Below the pieces are notes generated by a model. That model had not been told where the DNA came from. It saw only the letters and a program-made list of their open reading frames with translations, and did no database searches. A stretch of 64,000 nucleotides of DNA from the NCBI RefSeq assembly GCF_009914755.1, contig NC_060947.1, one strand, 5' to 3'. Source of the DNA: the human T2T-CHM13v2.0 reference genome, Homo sapiens. This document shows, in pieces, positions 44,355 to 62,267 of this stretch. Every line of letters begins with the position of its first letter. The first letter of the stretch is position 1. Both the position numbers and the translations under genes were made by a program.

Positions 44355-45046
44355 TGCTAGTGAAGATATGAGACTCTGGGGTTAGAGACATAGGATAAGG
44401 ACAGTTCATTCCTCACAGCAATAGCTGTAGCCAGAGCATCAGCATTTGTGCTGCTTCCCTAAGCCTAATTCTTACAGGGCAACACAAAGAGGATCAGATG
44501 ACACCTGCACGTGTGTGGGTTGCATTATAGGAGTGGGACCCTAAGTTTAGGGAACTCAAATCTTTCATAATGGTCAGTAAGCATACTTGACCTTTGCTCT
44601 AGAGCAAGTTTTTCCAGCACACAGCCCATGGGCCGCATGCGGCCTGGGACAGCTTTGAATGTGGCCCAACACAAGTTCATGAACTTTCTTAGAACTTGAG
44701 ATTTTTTTGTGATTTTTTTTTTTTTTTTTTTTTTTTTTTAGCTCATCAGCTGTGGTTAGTGTTAGTGTATTTTATGTGTGGCCCAAGACAATTCTTCTTT
44801 TTCCAGTGTGGCCCAGGGAAGTTGAAAGATTGGACACCCCTTCTCTAGAGGGAGATACTATCTTTGTTATAATGGGACAATCAATAAACCTGCCCTTTGC
44901 TCTGAAGGGAGACATAATTTCTCTCTTCTAAGGCTGTTTGCTATGTAAATATTCTGGAAAAGTTAGTCTGGAACAAAGGCAGTCAGTGCCTCTGCTTGTA
45001 AGATGTGCGGAAACACCAAAGACCTGTGGAGAATTGTCTCCCAACA
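44355..45046 (-). mobile_element. LTR40 (ERVL) solo LTR interrupted by MER30
   Basis: Minus strand starts TGTTGGGAGACAATTCTCCAC and matches recalled LTR40. Confidence 0.8.
44605..44842. mobile_element. MER30 hAT-Charlie MITE
   Basis: GTGTGGCCCAGGGAAG...AAAGATTGGACACCCCT. Perfect 8-bp TSD CTCTAGAG at 44597-44604 and 44843-44850. Confidence 0.92.
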
Positions 45047-45104
45047 TGCACCCAGCACCATTTGTCCTGTCAACTTTACCTTCACTTTAGAACAAGTTTG
45101 CACT

Positions 45105-46635
<1,531 letters not shown>

Positions 46636-46684
46636 TAACCCAAAGGAAACAAACAGGGAACATTATGGATGAAGTATACTGGGT

Positions 46685-47365
46685 ATTCATTTGCTTATTA
46701 AGCAAATATTTATTACACGCTTACGATGATAAGAGATGCGCTAGGCCCCAGAAATACAAACTTGAAAACAACCCACTCTTTCCCTTCAAGGTGCTTATAA
46801 TCTAGTTTGTAAGTCAGGCAAGTAAATTGGCAATTACAGCACAGTGTAACAAATGCTACCTGTGGGCAAAGGAAGTCCTGGGGTGAAGGGAAAGAGAGAA
46901 AGGTGGTTTCCAGGAGGAGGGCTCACTTCACCAAAACCATGAAAGTGGAGTAGTAGTTGGGGGAATGAGAAGTGGGGAGAATTAGCCCAGGATGTCAGGC
47001 AAGAGAGGAGAAAGAGGCAGGTTATGAATTGGCGGACTGTGATGAGAAATTTGGATTTACAGGAGAGCAATGTGGGAATAGCCCTGGAGGAAGAGAGACC
47101 AGTTAAGAGGCTTTTGCAAGAGTCTAGACATGAGATGGTGCTGGGTTGAAATAAGAAAGTGGCAACAGAAATGAAGGGAAGAGGACACAGCTGAGTGATA
47201 TTGAAGAGGTATAGAATTGATCGGACTTGGTAATGAACTGGATGAGGCAATAAGGGGAGAAAAATAATCTTTGTGCCCAGCTTTTGTCTTGGGAAACTGG
47301 GTGATTGGTGATGGCATTAACTGAGTTAGAGAAGACAGGAGGAGGAGGACCAGGTTTTGGCTGAA
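46685..47365 (-). mobile_element. L2 fragment
   Basis: ATTCATT...AAATATTTATT terminus, GGAGACC/AGTTAAGAGGCT-like and GGACTTGGTAATG segments. Confidence 0.75.
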
Positions 47366-48757
47366 TATAACCAGTAGGTAAATAGACATACAAGAATCTT
47401 ATGCCGTGTAAATTCAAGATACTATTTTTTAATTGTTAGTATTGCATTAATGCACTTTATACTTTAAAAATTAATTACTTCAACATATTAGATTATATGC
47501 AAATCAATAACTATCAAATACTATATATAGGAAGCACATAATGACTTGTACATAACTGACAGAGAAAAGTACAGCTAAAACATGCTGTGTGGGCATCCAT
47601 TAAGTAGGCAACTCACAGACCTGAATGCAAACTCAGAGTACTTAACAGTATGCTCTCTTCATACTCAAGTAAATCTTTTAAGGAAAGGAAATAGCACTTC
47701 ATTTTAAGTCAGGGTGCCATTTCCACTGTAATTGCAGCTGACATATTGCTAATGCACCAAGACAATTTGTGATTTAAAAAAAAACCCCAGAAGTTCACTA
47801 TATTACAGTTCATAATCACTAGGGCTTTCTTTGCTCAGTTCTAACTTTTAAAAAGCTTACATTTACCATCCAAATGCCATGATAAAATAGCTACTCTTGC
47901 CTGTGACGTTGTCATTATTACCAGAACAAGATAAAATTCCAAATTGTTAATGAACTGAGTGAATTTTAATTTGGGGACTTTGTAAGAAAGAAACATTCCC
48001 CATTAAATACTGTATATTTATTTATTGAGCTAAAAAAAATGAAATGCTTCCCACCAAATCCTATAGTGTATATTTGTCACAATCAGTAAAAACAAAAATG
48101 AGTAGGACCAGGCATAATTGGAAACCAATTGTCCCTTCATCCATCACTAATGTTTCCAATCTGTTAAAGTCACGTTTGCCTTTTTCCAGGCTATGCTGTG
48201 GTTCATATTTCCCACAGACTCATCGTGAAAGCATTGACAATAGTAAGCTTCCACTCTTCACTGTTCAGTCCTACCTTAATTACAGCATCAAATGAATACT
48301 GAGGAAAGGAATATTGTATTATCTCACTGGTACAGCAAGACAGATCATTCCAATCAGATCACACGCAAGTTGTAGTTCAGACAATCACTGTCTTAGACTT
48401 TTTATTTGTGTTTTTCTTTTCTCTAAATTTCAGCTATAGTAGGACATATCCGCATTATTTCCACTTTTTAAAAGCCACCACTATAGGAACATTTTGGGAT
48501 GCTAAATATTTGCTTCCAAGTTGACATTAAAGATGGCAAGTTTTCTCCTCCTGAAGAATATATTACAAACAATCGTTTACCTATAAGCTATATTTCCTCA
48601 AATGCTTTCCAATCCATTTTCCCTGAGAACATAAAAGCAAAGGTGAACAGCCCTTAGTGAATTATCTTGTGATCCCTGAAATGCAGTAATGATTGAAGAA
48701 AAAGGGAGGGAGATGGTCAATGATCTTCTGCATGTTACTCGGTAATCAAGTATCATT

Positions 48758-48858
48758 GATTATCTCTTTGATATACTGATTTCCTTTCTTTTGGGTATAT
48801 ACCCAGCAGTGGGATTGCTGGATCATATGGTAGCTCTATTTTTAGTTTGTTGAGGAAT
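48758..48858 (-). mobile_element. Short L1 (L1MA/PB) fragment
   Basis: TTTGGGTATATACCCAGCAGTGGGATTGCTGGATCATATGGTAG. Confidence 0.85.
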
Positions 48859-49257
48859 GATTGAGACTAGTTTTCACTTCAGAACCAAGCAACCATTGCA
48901 TTCTTCAACTTTTCTAGTCTCCTCACTGAAGTTAAACAATTTCATGAAGATGAACATTGTAAGATATCTGATCTTTTGTTTCAATCAATGCCAGCAATAA
49001 TTCTGGGGATCATTCCATACAGAGCTTGCCAGGGTCAGAGTAAAGCGTCCTCATCAAAATCATTATCTCTTTTATGCTTGGAAGCATTAGCTCCTGACAG
49101 GCCTCCAGATTCCAGAGGCTTAGCTGTGATTACTATTCTGATCTCATTCGAGAGCATCTTATGTCCGGGGTGGCCCAGAATCTTCATGGCTTGAATTTAA
49201 CAGGTGTAATTATTAGAACAGGTTCCAAGAACATAGTGTAAAAACAGAAGAAAATGA

Positions 49258-49612
<355 letters not shown>

Positions 49613-49945
49613 CCAAGGCAGAATTCTAAAGTGCACTTCCAAGGGAGAGCAAGTCAAGTCTACTTTAAGGTTGAGGAGAGGGTCATTTGAAACTTGGGGA
49701 GAGGGTTGCGGTGGCAGGTTGCCCATGAGGAGGTTTCAAGGGGTTAAGCCAGCAGGAGATGGTGGAGACATTCACAGAGTGTGACGGGGAAAGACAAGTG
49801 GAAAGGGAAAGACAAGTGTATGAAACATATTTGTCTACTTGGGAAATTTCCCCTGCTTTAGTTCATAGCCACTAGACTGTTTTGTGGTGTGTCACGCTTC
49901 TAGATACCGAGTGATCACTGCTGTGGGCTGTGAGCAGAGCTTTAA

Positions 49946-50257
<312 letters not shown>

Positions 50258-50879
50258 TGACTTCTCAGACACACATAAATGCTAAAGACTCAAATGGGCC
50301 CGAGTGAAATTCTAAGGCACATTCTCTGGCATTTTTTCAGACATTACCAGATTCACTCTAGTCTAGAACATTAAGCAATCCATTTTAACCGTGCATTCCT
50401 CCCGAGACAAAGCATGTGTCTATAAAAGGCCCCTGCTGCTCAGTGAAGGGAGGGCGACCTTCCAGTGTATAGAAACCAGTAAAGCACTTTGAGTCTGGCA
50501 AAACCCCAGCCCATCATGGCTCCACAGATGTTACTTTTAGTTAAAAAAAAAAAAAAAATCAGATGCATTTGCCATGGGAACAGCAATGGAAGGTCACTCT
50601 CTTCTGTACTTATTTTTATGTGTGTGAGTCGCTGAGCCCTCGTCCTCCTCCAGCCAGCTCTCTTCAAGCTACCCCCTCATTGCTATGTTGTCAGCCCTGC
50701 CTCTGCCTCTTCTTCCAGCCAGTTTCAGCTCGCCCTCCAACTCTTCCCTTGCCCTCCCTTTGCTGCTTCTATCAAAGGAGCTATTAGTCTAACAGAAACT
50801 TTCAGGGGGAAAGGCAGTGAATATTGTTTTTGCAGAGGCAAAATCAGTCTTCTCTGTGAGCTGGACAGTGTTGCAAAGG

Positions 50880-51025
50880 CACGGCTGGTCAGAAAGGGCA
50901 CTGGTACAGGAGGGAGGCAGGAGACCTGGGTCTAGTCCCAGCTCTGTCCCCAGCCGGCAGGGAGACTAGGGACAAGCCACTTTCCTTTGGTCTCAGGCTT
51001 CCTTGTCTGTAAAAAAAGGAAGTTC
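50880..51025 (+). mobile_element. MIR-family SINE
   Basis: GGAGACCTGGGTCTAGTCCCAGCTCTG...TCTGTAAAA. Confidence 0.7.
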
Positions 51026-51317
51026 CCTATTTGTAGAAACTCAGGAATATTGTTCATAATCAAGAAAATGAGGTTGGAGGGTTGGAGGCATAGTTGTCCT
51101 GAAAAAATCATCCTTTTCTAAAGCCTGAAATTAAAATAGTACAGTTTTTTAAATTGTAAAATTACTTGCTCATTAGAAACAACGAAAACATCTCTCTCCC
51201 TCTCTCTCTCTCTCTCTCACACACACACATACACAATGAGAAAAGTCAGAATTATCTAAAATCTCTTCATTTAGAATAAGATTATTCTTAGGAGATCTAT
51301 CAGTGTCACCTTAATAA

Positions 51318-51625
<308 letters not shown>

Positions 51626-51699
51626 ATAAATCTTCCTTCTAAAGGCACTGTGCCCAGAGAAGTTTTTAGCACCCCAAAGTAACAGATAAAAGTTTGAAC

Positions 51700-52605
<906 letters not shown>

Positions 52606-52879
52606 ACATAATGAAAAGCTCAAATTGCCTTAATATTGAACACATTCTGTGCAATAAAAATAAACAGAAGCAAAGGTAAGGATTTATGCATCATATTTAT
52701 CTTGTGTCAAATCGACCTGGTGAAGTAGAATAAATTTGGGACCTGAAATTAGAATAACAGGGTGCTTGTCCTGACCCAGGCTTTTATTGGCTATATTTGT
52801 CAGTCAAGCTGTTTTTTCTCCATTTGTTCCTTGCTTCCCTCAACAAAGACATGTGCACATGCACGCACACATGTACACG

Positions 52880-53337
52880 TACACGCACAGATCTTCCCTC
52901 TCATTTTTTGCCCTGACTGGGCCCCTGGAGACTAACCTTTATGGACTGCATCACCCTTGGCCTCTGGCTTTTTATTAAGTTTGGTCAATGGGAGGCACCA
53001 GCTGGAGACAGGAGGGTGGGAGGAGAGAAAGGTGTATTTATTCCCCACCTTCTATCTCTCCCTCCTTGGTAAGATGTGATTTTGGCAGTTCCTTTTTCCG
53101 GTGTCTATAGCCACAGCTCTGCCAGGAAGCCCCTCTTCCAAGACTACAGGTCTCATCTTCTCTGGTAATCCTACTGCCTCCCCTTGCCCTTGCTGGCCCA
53201 CGGAAGGTAAAGCCACAACAATTCCCCACCATACTCTATCAGGATCCACATCGATGTAAACAGTCTCTTCGTTCAACTCGCTTTGGTTACCCTGTTGAGT
53301 GCACCATCTGTTTCCTGCCAGGATCCTGCCTGATACA
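52880..53337 (+). mobile_element. LTR33-like ERVL LTR
   Basis: Ends TGAGTGCACCATCTGTTTCCTGCCAGGATCCTGCCTGATACA. Confidence 0.7.
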
Positions 53338-53344
53338 GAGTCTA

Positions 53345-53800
53345 GCCAGTAAACAGAACCCTCTTGAGTGTTTAACCCAGAGCACTTTAATGCAGGGAGC
53401 TGGTTATTCAGGTAAAGGAATTGCTGAGAAGCCAAACAGGCCACTTGGCAACTCAGAGATTAGCAACAGCAGGAAGCCACAAAAACAGAGGGAGAAGGGG
53501 AGGAGCCCATGACACAGGCACTGAGGAGCAGGAGTCAACCCGTGAAAGCTGGCACCAGGACGGGTCTGTCCTTCAAGGGAAAAGACATAGCCCCTGTGGG
53601 AGAAGCCATCCAAGGCAGGGAGGGGTGGTCTAGCTTTCCCCTCCGAACCATTCCTTCCATTGGCTGCACCCAGGCAGCTGACACAGGAGCTTACTCAGAA
53701 AACTGGCCTGCAGGGGTCAACCCTCCTGCCCTACAAAGTGGAACTGGAAAACGACACAAAAATAAATTGAGAGCAAGTAGGTCCAGAACTAGCATAATAG
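53345..53800 (-). mobile_element. Old ERVL LTR (LTR67B/LTR79-like)
   Basis: TTTAATGCAGGGAGCTGGTTA...GCTGAGAAGCCAAACAGG and CTTCCATTGGCTG...CTGCAGGGGTCA. Confidence 0.5.
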
Positions 53801-54662
53801 CTGTAAACCTTGGGCTAGTTACTAAACCACTCTGAGCTTTCCTGTCCTCACATACGAAAGAAGATGGTTAATACTTTACTTACTTCGTGGGATGCTCTGA
53901 ACTAAAACGAAATGAGCTAGAGGATGTATAAGTGTTTGGTAAATTCTGAGGTGCTATATAAAATAAGGTGTCAGAGTGTCCTGAAGTTTATGAGCCTGTG
54001 AGTTTCTAATACTATCACTTTCATTCTTGGGCAATTGCTTTTAGTGTAATACCTCAACCAAAGAAATACCTTTGCCAGATCCATTCACTTAAACTGCCTA
54101 TAAGCCTGTTTTGCAAGGAAAGGCAATTAAAGCACAGGCTCAGGAAATGGAATCATTTGTTTGTGACCAGGGTCTACTGGCTACCAAATCAAGAGGTCTG
54201 CAGGGGGGCCCAGCTACTGTCTTGCTCAGCCCAGATGCATCCTTGAGGACGTGTGCCAAGCCCATTGTGGCACACTGAGAAAAGTGTGCCCCCTTAGCAG
54301 TCCCCATACCAGGCAGTCTCTAGGGAAGGATAGCAGAGAGCCAGATGGAAAACAGACACATCTCTACACAGGATTAGCTTCTATGTCCCCTGTGCTCTGG
54401 GGAAGCCAGAAGCCAAGCTGGGGAGTCAGCCGCCTGCACAGAATCACCACCTCACCAGTAGGGATGCATTTGCTCAGCACCTGTTTCTGAGGACGGTGGA
54501 GATTGCCTTCGGTATCTACCTAGTCCTTCCTCCTTCAGCCATTTATTTCTCCTCTGATCCTCTTCCCAGGTGAATCCTTTCTTCTTTCCACCTTTGTTTT
54601 AATATTCGTCTTCAAGAGGGATCTGTAGCTAGGCTTTCGAATCAGTGTACCACATTACCTTG

Positions 54663-55700
54663 GCAGTGGTTTTGGAATCTGGCTGCATTTGGAAGCATCT
54701 TGGGAGATTTTAAAAATCCCAATGTCTAGGCCATACCCTAGACCAATATCAGAATCTCTGGAAGCTGGAGCTACACAATTGGTTTTTTTAAGCTTTTATT
54801 TTAGGATCAGGGGTACATGTGCAGGTTTGTTATGCAGGTAAATTGCGTGGCATGGAGGTTTGGCATGCAGATAATTTCATCACCCGGGTAATGAGCATAG
54901 TACTCAATAGTATTTTTTCTGATCCTCTCCATATTCCCACTCTTCACCCTCAAGTACACCCCAGTGTCTGTTGTTCCCCTCCTAGTATCCATGTGTTCTT
55001 ATTTTTTAGCTCCCACTTATAAGCAAGAGTATATGGTATTTGATTTTGCATTAATTTGCTTGGGAAAATGGCCTCCAGCTCCATCCTTGTTGCTGCAGAG
55101 GACATGATCTCATTCTGTTTTATGGCTGCATAGTATTCCATGGTGTATGGTGCCACATTTTCTTTATCTAGTCTACCATTGATGGACATTTAGGTTGATT
55201 CCATGTCCTTACTATTGTGGATAGTGCTGTGATGAACATACGCGTGCATGTGTCTTTATGGTAGAATGATTTATATTCCTTTGGGTATATATACCCAATA
55301 ATAAGATTGTTGGGTCAAATGGTAATTCTGTTTCAAGTTCTTTGAGGAATTGCCACACTGCTTTCCACAATGGCTAAACTAATTTACACTCCTGCCGGCA
55401 GTGTATAAGCGTTCCCTTTTCTCCACAACCTCACCAGCATCTGTTCTTTTTTGACTTTTTAATGATAGCCATTCTGACTGGTGTGAGATGGTATCTCATT
55501 GTGGTTTGGATTTGCATTTCTCTAATGATTAGTGGTGTTGAGCATTTTTTCATATGCTTGTTAGCTGTGTGTATGTCTTCTTTTGAGAAGTGTCTATTCA
55601 TGTCCTTTGCCCGCTTTTTCATGGGGTCGTTGGTGACACTGGTATTTTTTTAAAGTTCCCCCAGGTGATGTGAATGTGCAGCCAAGGTTAAGAGCTTGTG
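54663..55700. mobile_element. MER5A split by an antisense L1PA 3' fragment (54783-55635, -)
   Basis: MER5 halves (CAGAATCTCTGG; CCCCAGGTGATGTGAATGTGCAGCCAAGG) flank an L1PA antisense 3'UTR/ORF2 end. Confidence 0.88.
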
Positions 55701-56440
55701 AAACAAAACCATGCTCCTCCCTCTGAAGGAATATCAGCCAGAGGCTTGTAGGGCAAATAATCTTCCAGAATCACAAGTGGGCTGCCTGAGAAGGAGCTTG
55801 CAGGGTGATGAATGGTCAGTTCCTTCCAGGGCGGGAGGCAACCCCAGACTACTGCACTTCTGGAGCAATTCACAACCCCACTATTACCACCCAGTCTAGC
55901 GCCAAAACTATAGTCTTCTCAAAGTTGACTAAAGTCTTGGAATGGGGCAAGAAGAGATCAAACTCTCTTTGAATCACGGAAGCTTTGGACCAAGGGGTCT
56001 CAGTTGATTTTAGACATTATCTAAAATGAGAAGAGGAGAAAATGTCAGCCTGAGAGGTTAGGTAACTTTTCTGCAGTCCCACAATGGGCTTTTGGCAGAG
56101 TTGGGATGGACTGCAGGTCTCCTTCCTCAAGATCCTGCCTCAGTTCTATTCCCCTCTCCCTGAATCCTCATGCTTCTGCTGGCATTTGAGCCCCCTTAGC
56201 AAAATTTTGAAGGCTTTTCAAATGACGATTCTTGTACTAGGATCCAAATAAGTAAGGCGAGACAGCGATAATGATTAGGAAATATTTATAGTTTTTCTGC
56301 ATGAGGCCTTCACATGCTGATTTGTTTACCTAGCAAATAAACTGGAGCCTGTGGTGCCACTACACATGGAAGAAAAGTTTAAACATTCATCTCTGCAAGC
56401 AAGGAAAAGAAAACTTATTCTATTTGTGAGAAATAGGTGA

Positions 56441-56916
<476 letters not shown>

Positions 56917-57136
56917 TGACAGCTAACATGAAATGATATCATGAAGACGTCTTACAGTTTCCAAGTTTTAGGAAGGGTTCAGTTTGAGCAGTGTGCTAAT
57001 TGCCTTTATTTGTGAGACAGAAATGAGCTTATAAAGGCATAAGATATTGGAAACTTAGGCACTGACTTAGAGTTTTGAGACCTAATTTCTTCTCGTTACT
57101 GTGCTGCCTGAGTCCAAGAAGACCTGGAGTCAATGA

Positions 57137-57535
57137 TTGATTGAGACAAGTCTCAATCATTTTAGGAGGTTTATTTGCCAAAGTTAAGGACACACGCCCA
57201 GGAGACAGGTGTATGCCTTTCTCCAAAGATAATTTTGAGGGCTCCAAATTTAATGGGGAAAGGGTGCGACATTGAGGAGTACACAATTTTCATGTAAGAG
57301 GGGTGTAGGGAAAAACAGTCATTCATGCCTTTGTCTGGCTCAGTGAATCTGCATTTTTTTTACATAAGATGACACAGACAAATGGGGCAGAGGAAAAATG
57401 CTGGGAATCTGCATTTTACATAAGATAACAAAGACAAAATGGGGCAGGGGAACAATCAGGTATGCATTCGTGTCTGTGGAGGGTGGAGGAGGGGGTGTGT
57501 GTGACTGCACTTCTAAAGATAAGCTATCAATTTAC
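57137..57535 (-). mobile_element. MER4A-type ERV1 LTR fragment
   Basis: GAGACAAGTCTCAATCA...TTTATTTGCCAAAGTTAAGGAC, with an internal duplicated GAATCTGCATTTT...ACATAAGAT unit. Confidence 0.8.
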
Positions 57536-57785
57536 CAAAGAGATGCAGAAAAAAAAAAAAAAGGATGCAGGAGAGAGTAAAAAGAGAGCCTAGGAACTCA
57601 AGTGAAAAAGGGCAGGATATATTAAAAACCAAATCTTCATGAAGGATCACCATGAGAATCTAGGAAGTAGTTTATCTAACTGGAGCATGTATTAGAAGAC
57701 CCTGGAGGGTTTATGGCTAGACACCACCTCCCAGAGTTTCGGATTCAGTGGTAAGTCTGGACCAGTTCTAACAAGCTGCATTTCT

Positions 57786-58538
<753 letters not shown>

Positions 58539-58685
58539 ACAAGCTGCATTTCTAACAATGCTGCCAGGTGCCGCTACTGGCCTTGGGGGGATGAGGGCGG
58601 GGCACGGATACTTGAGAACTGCTGTTCTGGAGCAGTGTCTCTCAAACTGGGGTCTCTGACTGAGAATCTAAGCATGTTTAAAAAT

Positions 58686-59146
58686 GTACCTGGGATTTGT
58701 TTAAATCAGGTATGGCAAGGTGACAGACACTGAGACAACTGCCTTACAATTAGGCAGAAAGAGTGAGGGGTCACAATGGGCAAAAGCCTTTTGTTTTTTG
58801 CAGGAAGAAATGGGCAGGGCAAGGTGAGCAGTTTAGGGTTGGCTACTTTAAATAAATAATTTCAGTGGGCGCTGGGCTATAGGCATAGTCTCTAGTTCAG
58901 TGCGTGGTCCTAGGGTGCTTTAGGGCAGGCTTGGTGTGTAAAAGTTAGATAAGGGAGGTAGTGGGGAGGCGGAGGCAGCATGGGCTATGAATTGTTAGTT
59001 TGCATGTGAAAGGTGCCCTGGAAGGCAACTTGTTTGCTATCTCTAGGAATTAGCTGGCCCCCACAGGGGCAGTCTCTCTGGGATTAGCAAGGCCCCAAGA
59101 TATCAGTATCATAAAATACAGAAAAATTAAAAACATGATTAATACA
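58686..59146 (-). mobile_element. MER74/MER73-like ERVL LTR
   Basis: Minus strand starts TGTATTAATCATGTTTT...TCTTGGGGCCTTGCT...AATTCCTAGAGATAGCAAAC. Confidence 0.75.
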
Positions 59147-59159
59147 AAGAGTAATTTTC

Positions 59160-59467
<308 letters not shown>

Positions 59468-59759
59468 CTATTCTGTCTTTATTGTAATAATAATCTTTTT
59501 TTTGGTACTGGTTGTAAAGACCAAATTTTTTTCCTGGTGATAATTCCCAATTTAAAGATAGTTTCACAAAATGAAATTTAGTTTATGAACTCATTGTCTT
59601 TAAAACTGTGGACTAAGGACCCTCAGAAATCCAAACATATATCTTTACATGTCCAAGGGAATTTTTCAAACCATTAAAGGGACTTCATACTTAACTTTGA
59701 GAAACATATTGTTTTGGCATTCACATTAATCTATACTAACAGCCCCCTTCAGTCAATGA

Positions 59760-60074
<315 letters not shown>

Positions 60075-61554
60075 TTTTATTGTTTTCTTAAAAGCAAACT
60101 TTTGAAAAACAGTATATAGGGCATCAGAAATGTTAAAGAGTCATGAGATCATTGTCCCTATCAAGTCATTTCCTTTCCTTTGTCTTTTATGTGCTCACAA
60201 AACTTTTTATAAGCCCACAAGACTCTGTGTGTATGTGTATGTATGTGCATGCTTACACAACGGGTTTCACTAAGATACTCTGAATTTTACTTTCAGGAAT
60301 GGTTATATAGGTTACTCTACTGCTTCAAACATCAACTAATTTTATCTGTGTGTGTGGGGAGGGGAGGGTGGTGTCTTCCATTGTGTCCGTGTGGCAAGAC
60401 AAATGGGGGAAAAAGTCCACTTTTCTCTGAAGAGAATCCAGTGTACTATGAGGATAAAAGTAGCATCAATTTTGTCTGTCACACATTGCTACTGCTCAAT
60501 GAGCAGGTGACTATTTATAAAGTGACACTCTGCATTCGCTGCTCAGCATTTGAGGAGTTTCCTGAAAAATCAGGGTTCCTTCCAAACTTTATTCAGGTCA
60601 TTGAAGCTGAGGTTTCAGTGATACTTGAAATCTTTTCTGAGCTGAACAGTATATAGAATCCCCCAACAGAACCATAATAAAGTCTGGAAATTACTTGTGG
60701 CTGGGGTAGAGTTTTCATGAGGGACTTAAAAAGCCTTAAGTGTGTACTTAGCTGGCTATAAGGGAAGCCATGCGCACTCCAGCAAAATAGAGCGATACAC
60801 AATAAAACATTTCATGGCCCACAAACTGTCCCTTACTAATTTGGATAACTGGGGCACAGAGTTTATTTTTGCTCATCTTACTTATTTTTGTTTTGCTGAA
60901 AACCTATGGCGTGCTGAGGCATATCTACCCCACCTTTAGCACTGCTATTTTTCCAGCTTTTTTCATGTTTCTTCCTTCTCAAACTCTTTATTTCTTTGAC
61001 CCCCATGCCAGTGTTCCTGCCATTTCTTTCTTTTCCTATTATCAGTCAATAAATAATTAAATGAATATTAAATTATACTGGCTAAGTATTTACTAATATT
61101 TCCTAACTTACACGGATAGGGAACAAGAAAGCACGACATATAGTCCCTGAGCATAAATTTCAAATTTTTGCTACTAGGTACAGACTCCTTTTTCAATCCC
61201 CATGAAGTTTGCCTTTCTGAAGATTGTAATTATTAGTAAAAGCATCAGCCAGTAGCCTGCCTGGAGCAACCCTGCAAGGTAAAAATGCTGCAAGGGCTGA
61301 GTCTGGTGACAGACAGTGGAGAAGGACATGGAGGGCCACAGAGGGCATAGGATTGCGTTCCCAGAAGGAAGTTCTGGAATCAGGAATAGAAGCACAGAAG
61401 GTCATTCCGAAATGAAGGAAGCATTTTCCTCTGTTCACAGCTGAAAATGGAATAGAAAGCTAGAGAATTTACAAAGATAGATAGAGTTAGATATTTAGCT
61501 ATTATGGTTTAGGCAATAAAATGGAGGAAAGGGACTTAGATTTATGGAAACCAT

Positions 61555-61750
61555 ATAGTGTACTAGGCATTTAACTACGTGCTTTATGTACATGATCTCA
61601 TTTAACCCTTTTAACAATCCTGTGGGCTAGCTATTACTCTTGCCATTTCATATTTAAGAAACTCATCCAAAGTCATACAGTTAGAAAATGGTAATGTCAG
61701 GATATGCATCAAGGTCTTTCTGACTGCAGAGCCCACGCACTTCCCATCCT
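61555..61750 (-). mobile_element. MIR
   Basis: ATCTCATTTAACC...AACAATCCTGTG...CCAAAGTCATACAG...TCTGACTGCAGAGCCC. Confidence 0.75.
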
Positions 61751-62267
61751 ATCTTGCAGATGGCCCAGTTTGAGACTGATGGGAACGCGCTGTAGGTATT
61801 TATGTCTACCTTGCAAGCCAGAGACTGTGCTATTACATCAACTTGCATGTCATCTGTCAGAGAAGTTTTGTGTGTGCGTGAATGTTTTATTGTTATTATT
61901 ATTGTTGCTCTGATTCTGGAGGTAAATGTCTTTAGAATTTCAAATAACGCATGACTCATTTCCTGATATACACTGTCACCACGATTTCTTTTATGAAAGT
62001 ATTGAATGCAGGCTCTGGAAATAAGAAAGGCTTTCTACACATGCACTGTAGAATAATGCTTAAGCTCAAAAGAAAGAAAAAAAAAGAAAGGTGACCTTAT
62101 TAACCCTTTCTGCATAAAATTCCTGCAAACTGTCAGCATCCCACAAGATTCCACCCACCTGGCAAATCCTAGTGCCATACTTTGAACAAAGACATCTACC
62201 ACAATAATATTTCAGGCAGCTACTGAAACCATCTTTGGGATACAGGGCTTTCTTGACCAGCTCTGTA

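Noticed and set aside
60243-60656. 137-aa ORF in unique sequence
   Set aside because: No recognisable domain and no convincing exon structure. An ORF of this length can occur by chance in 64 kb.
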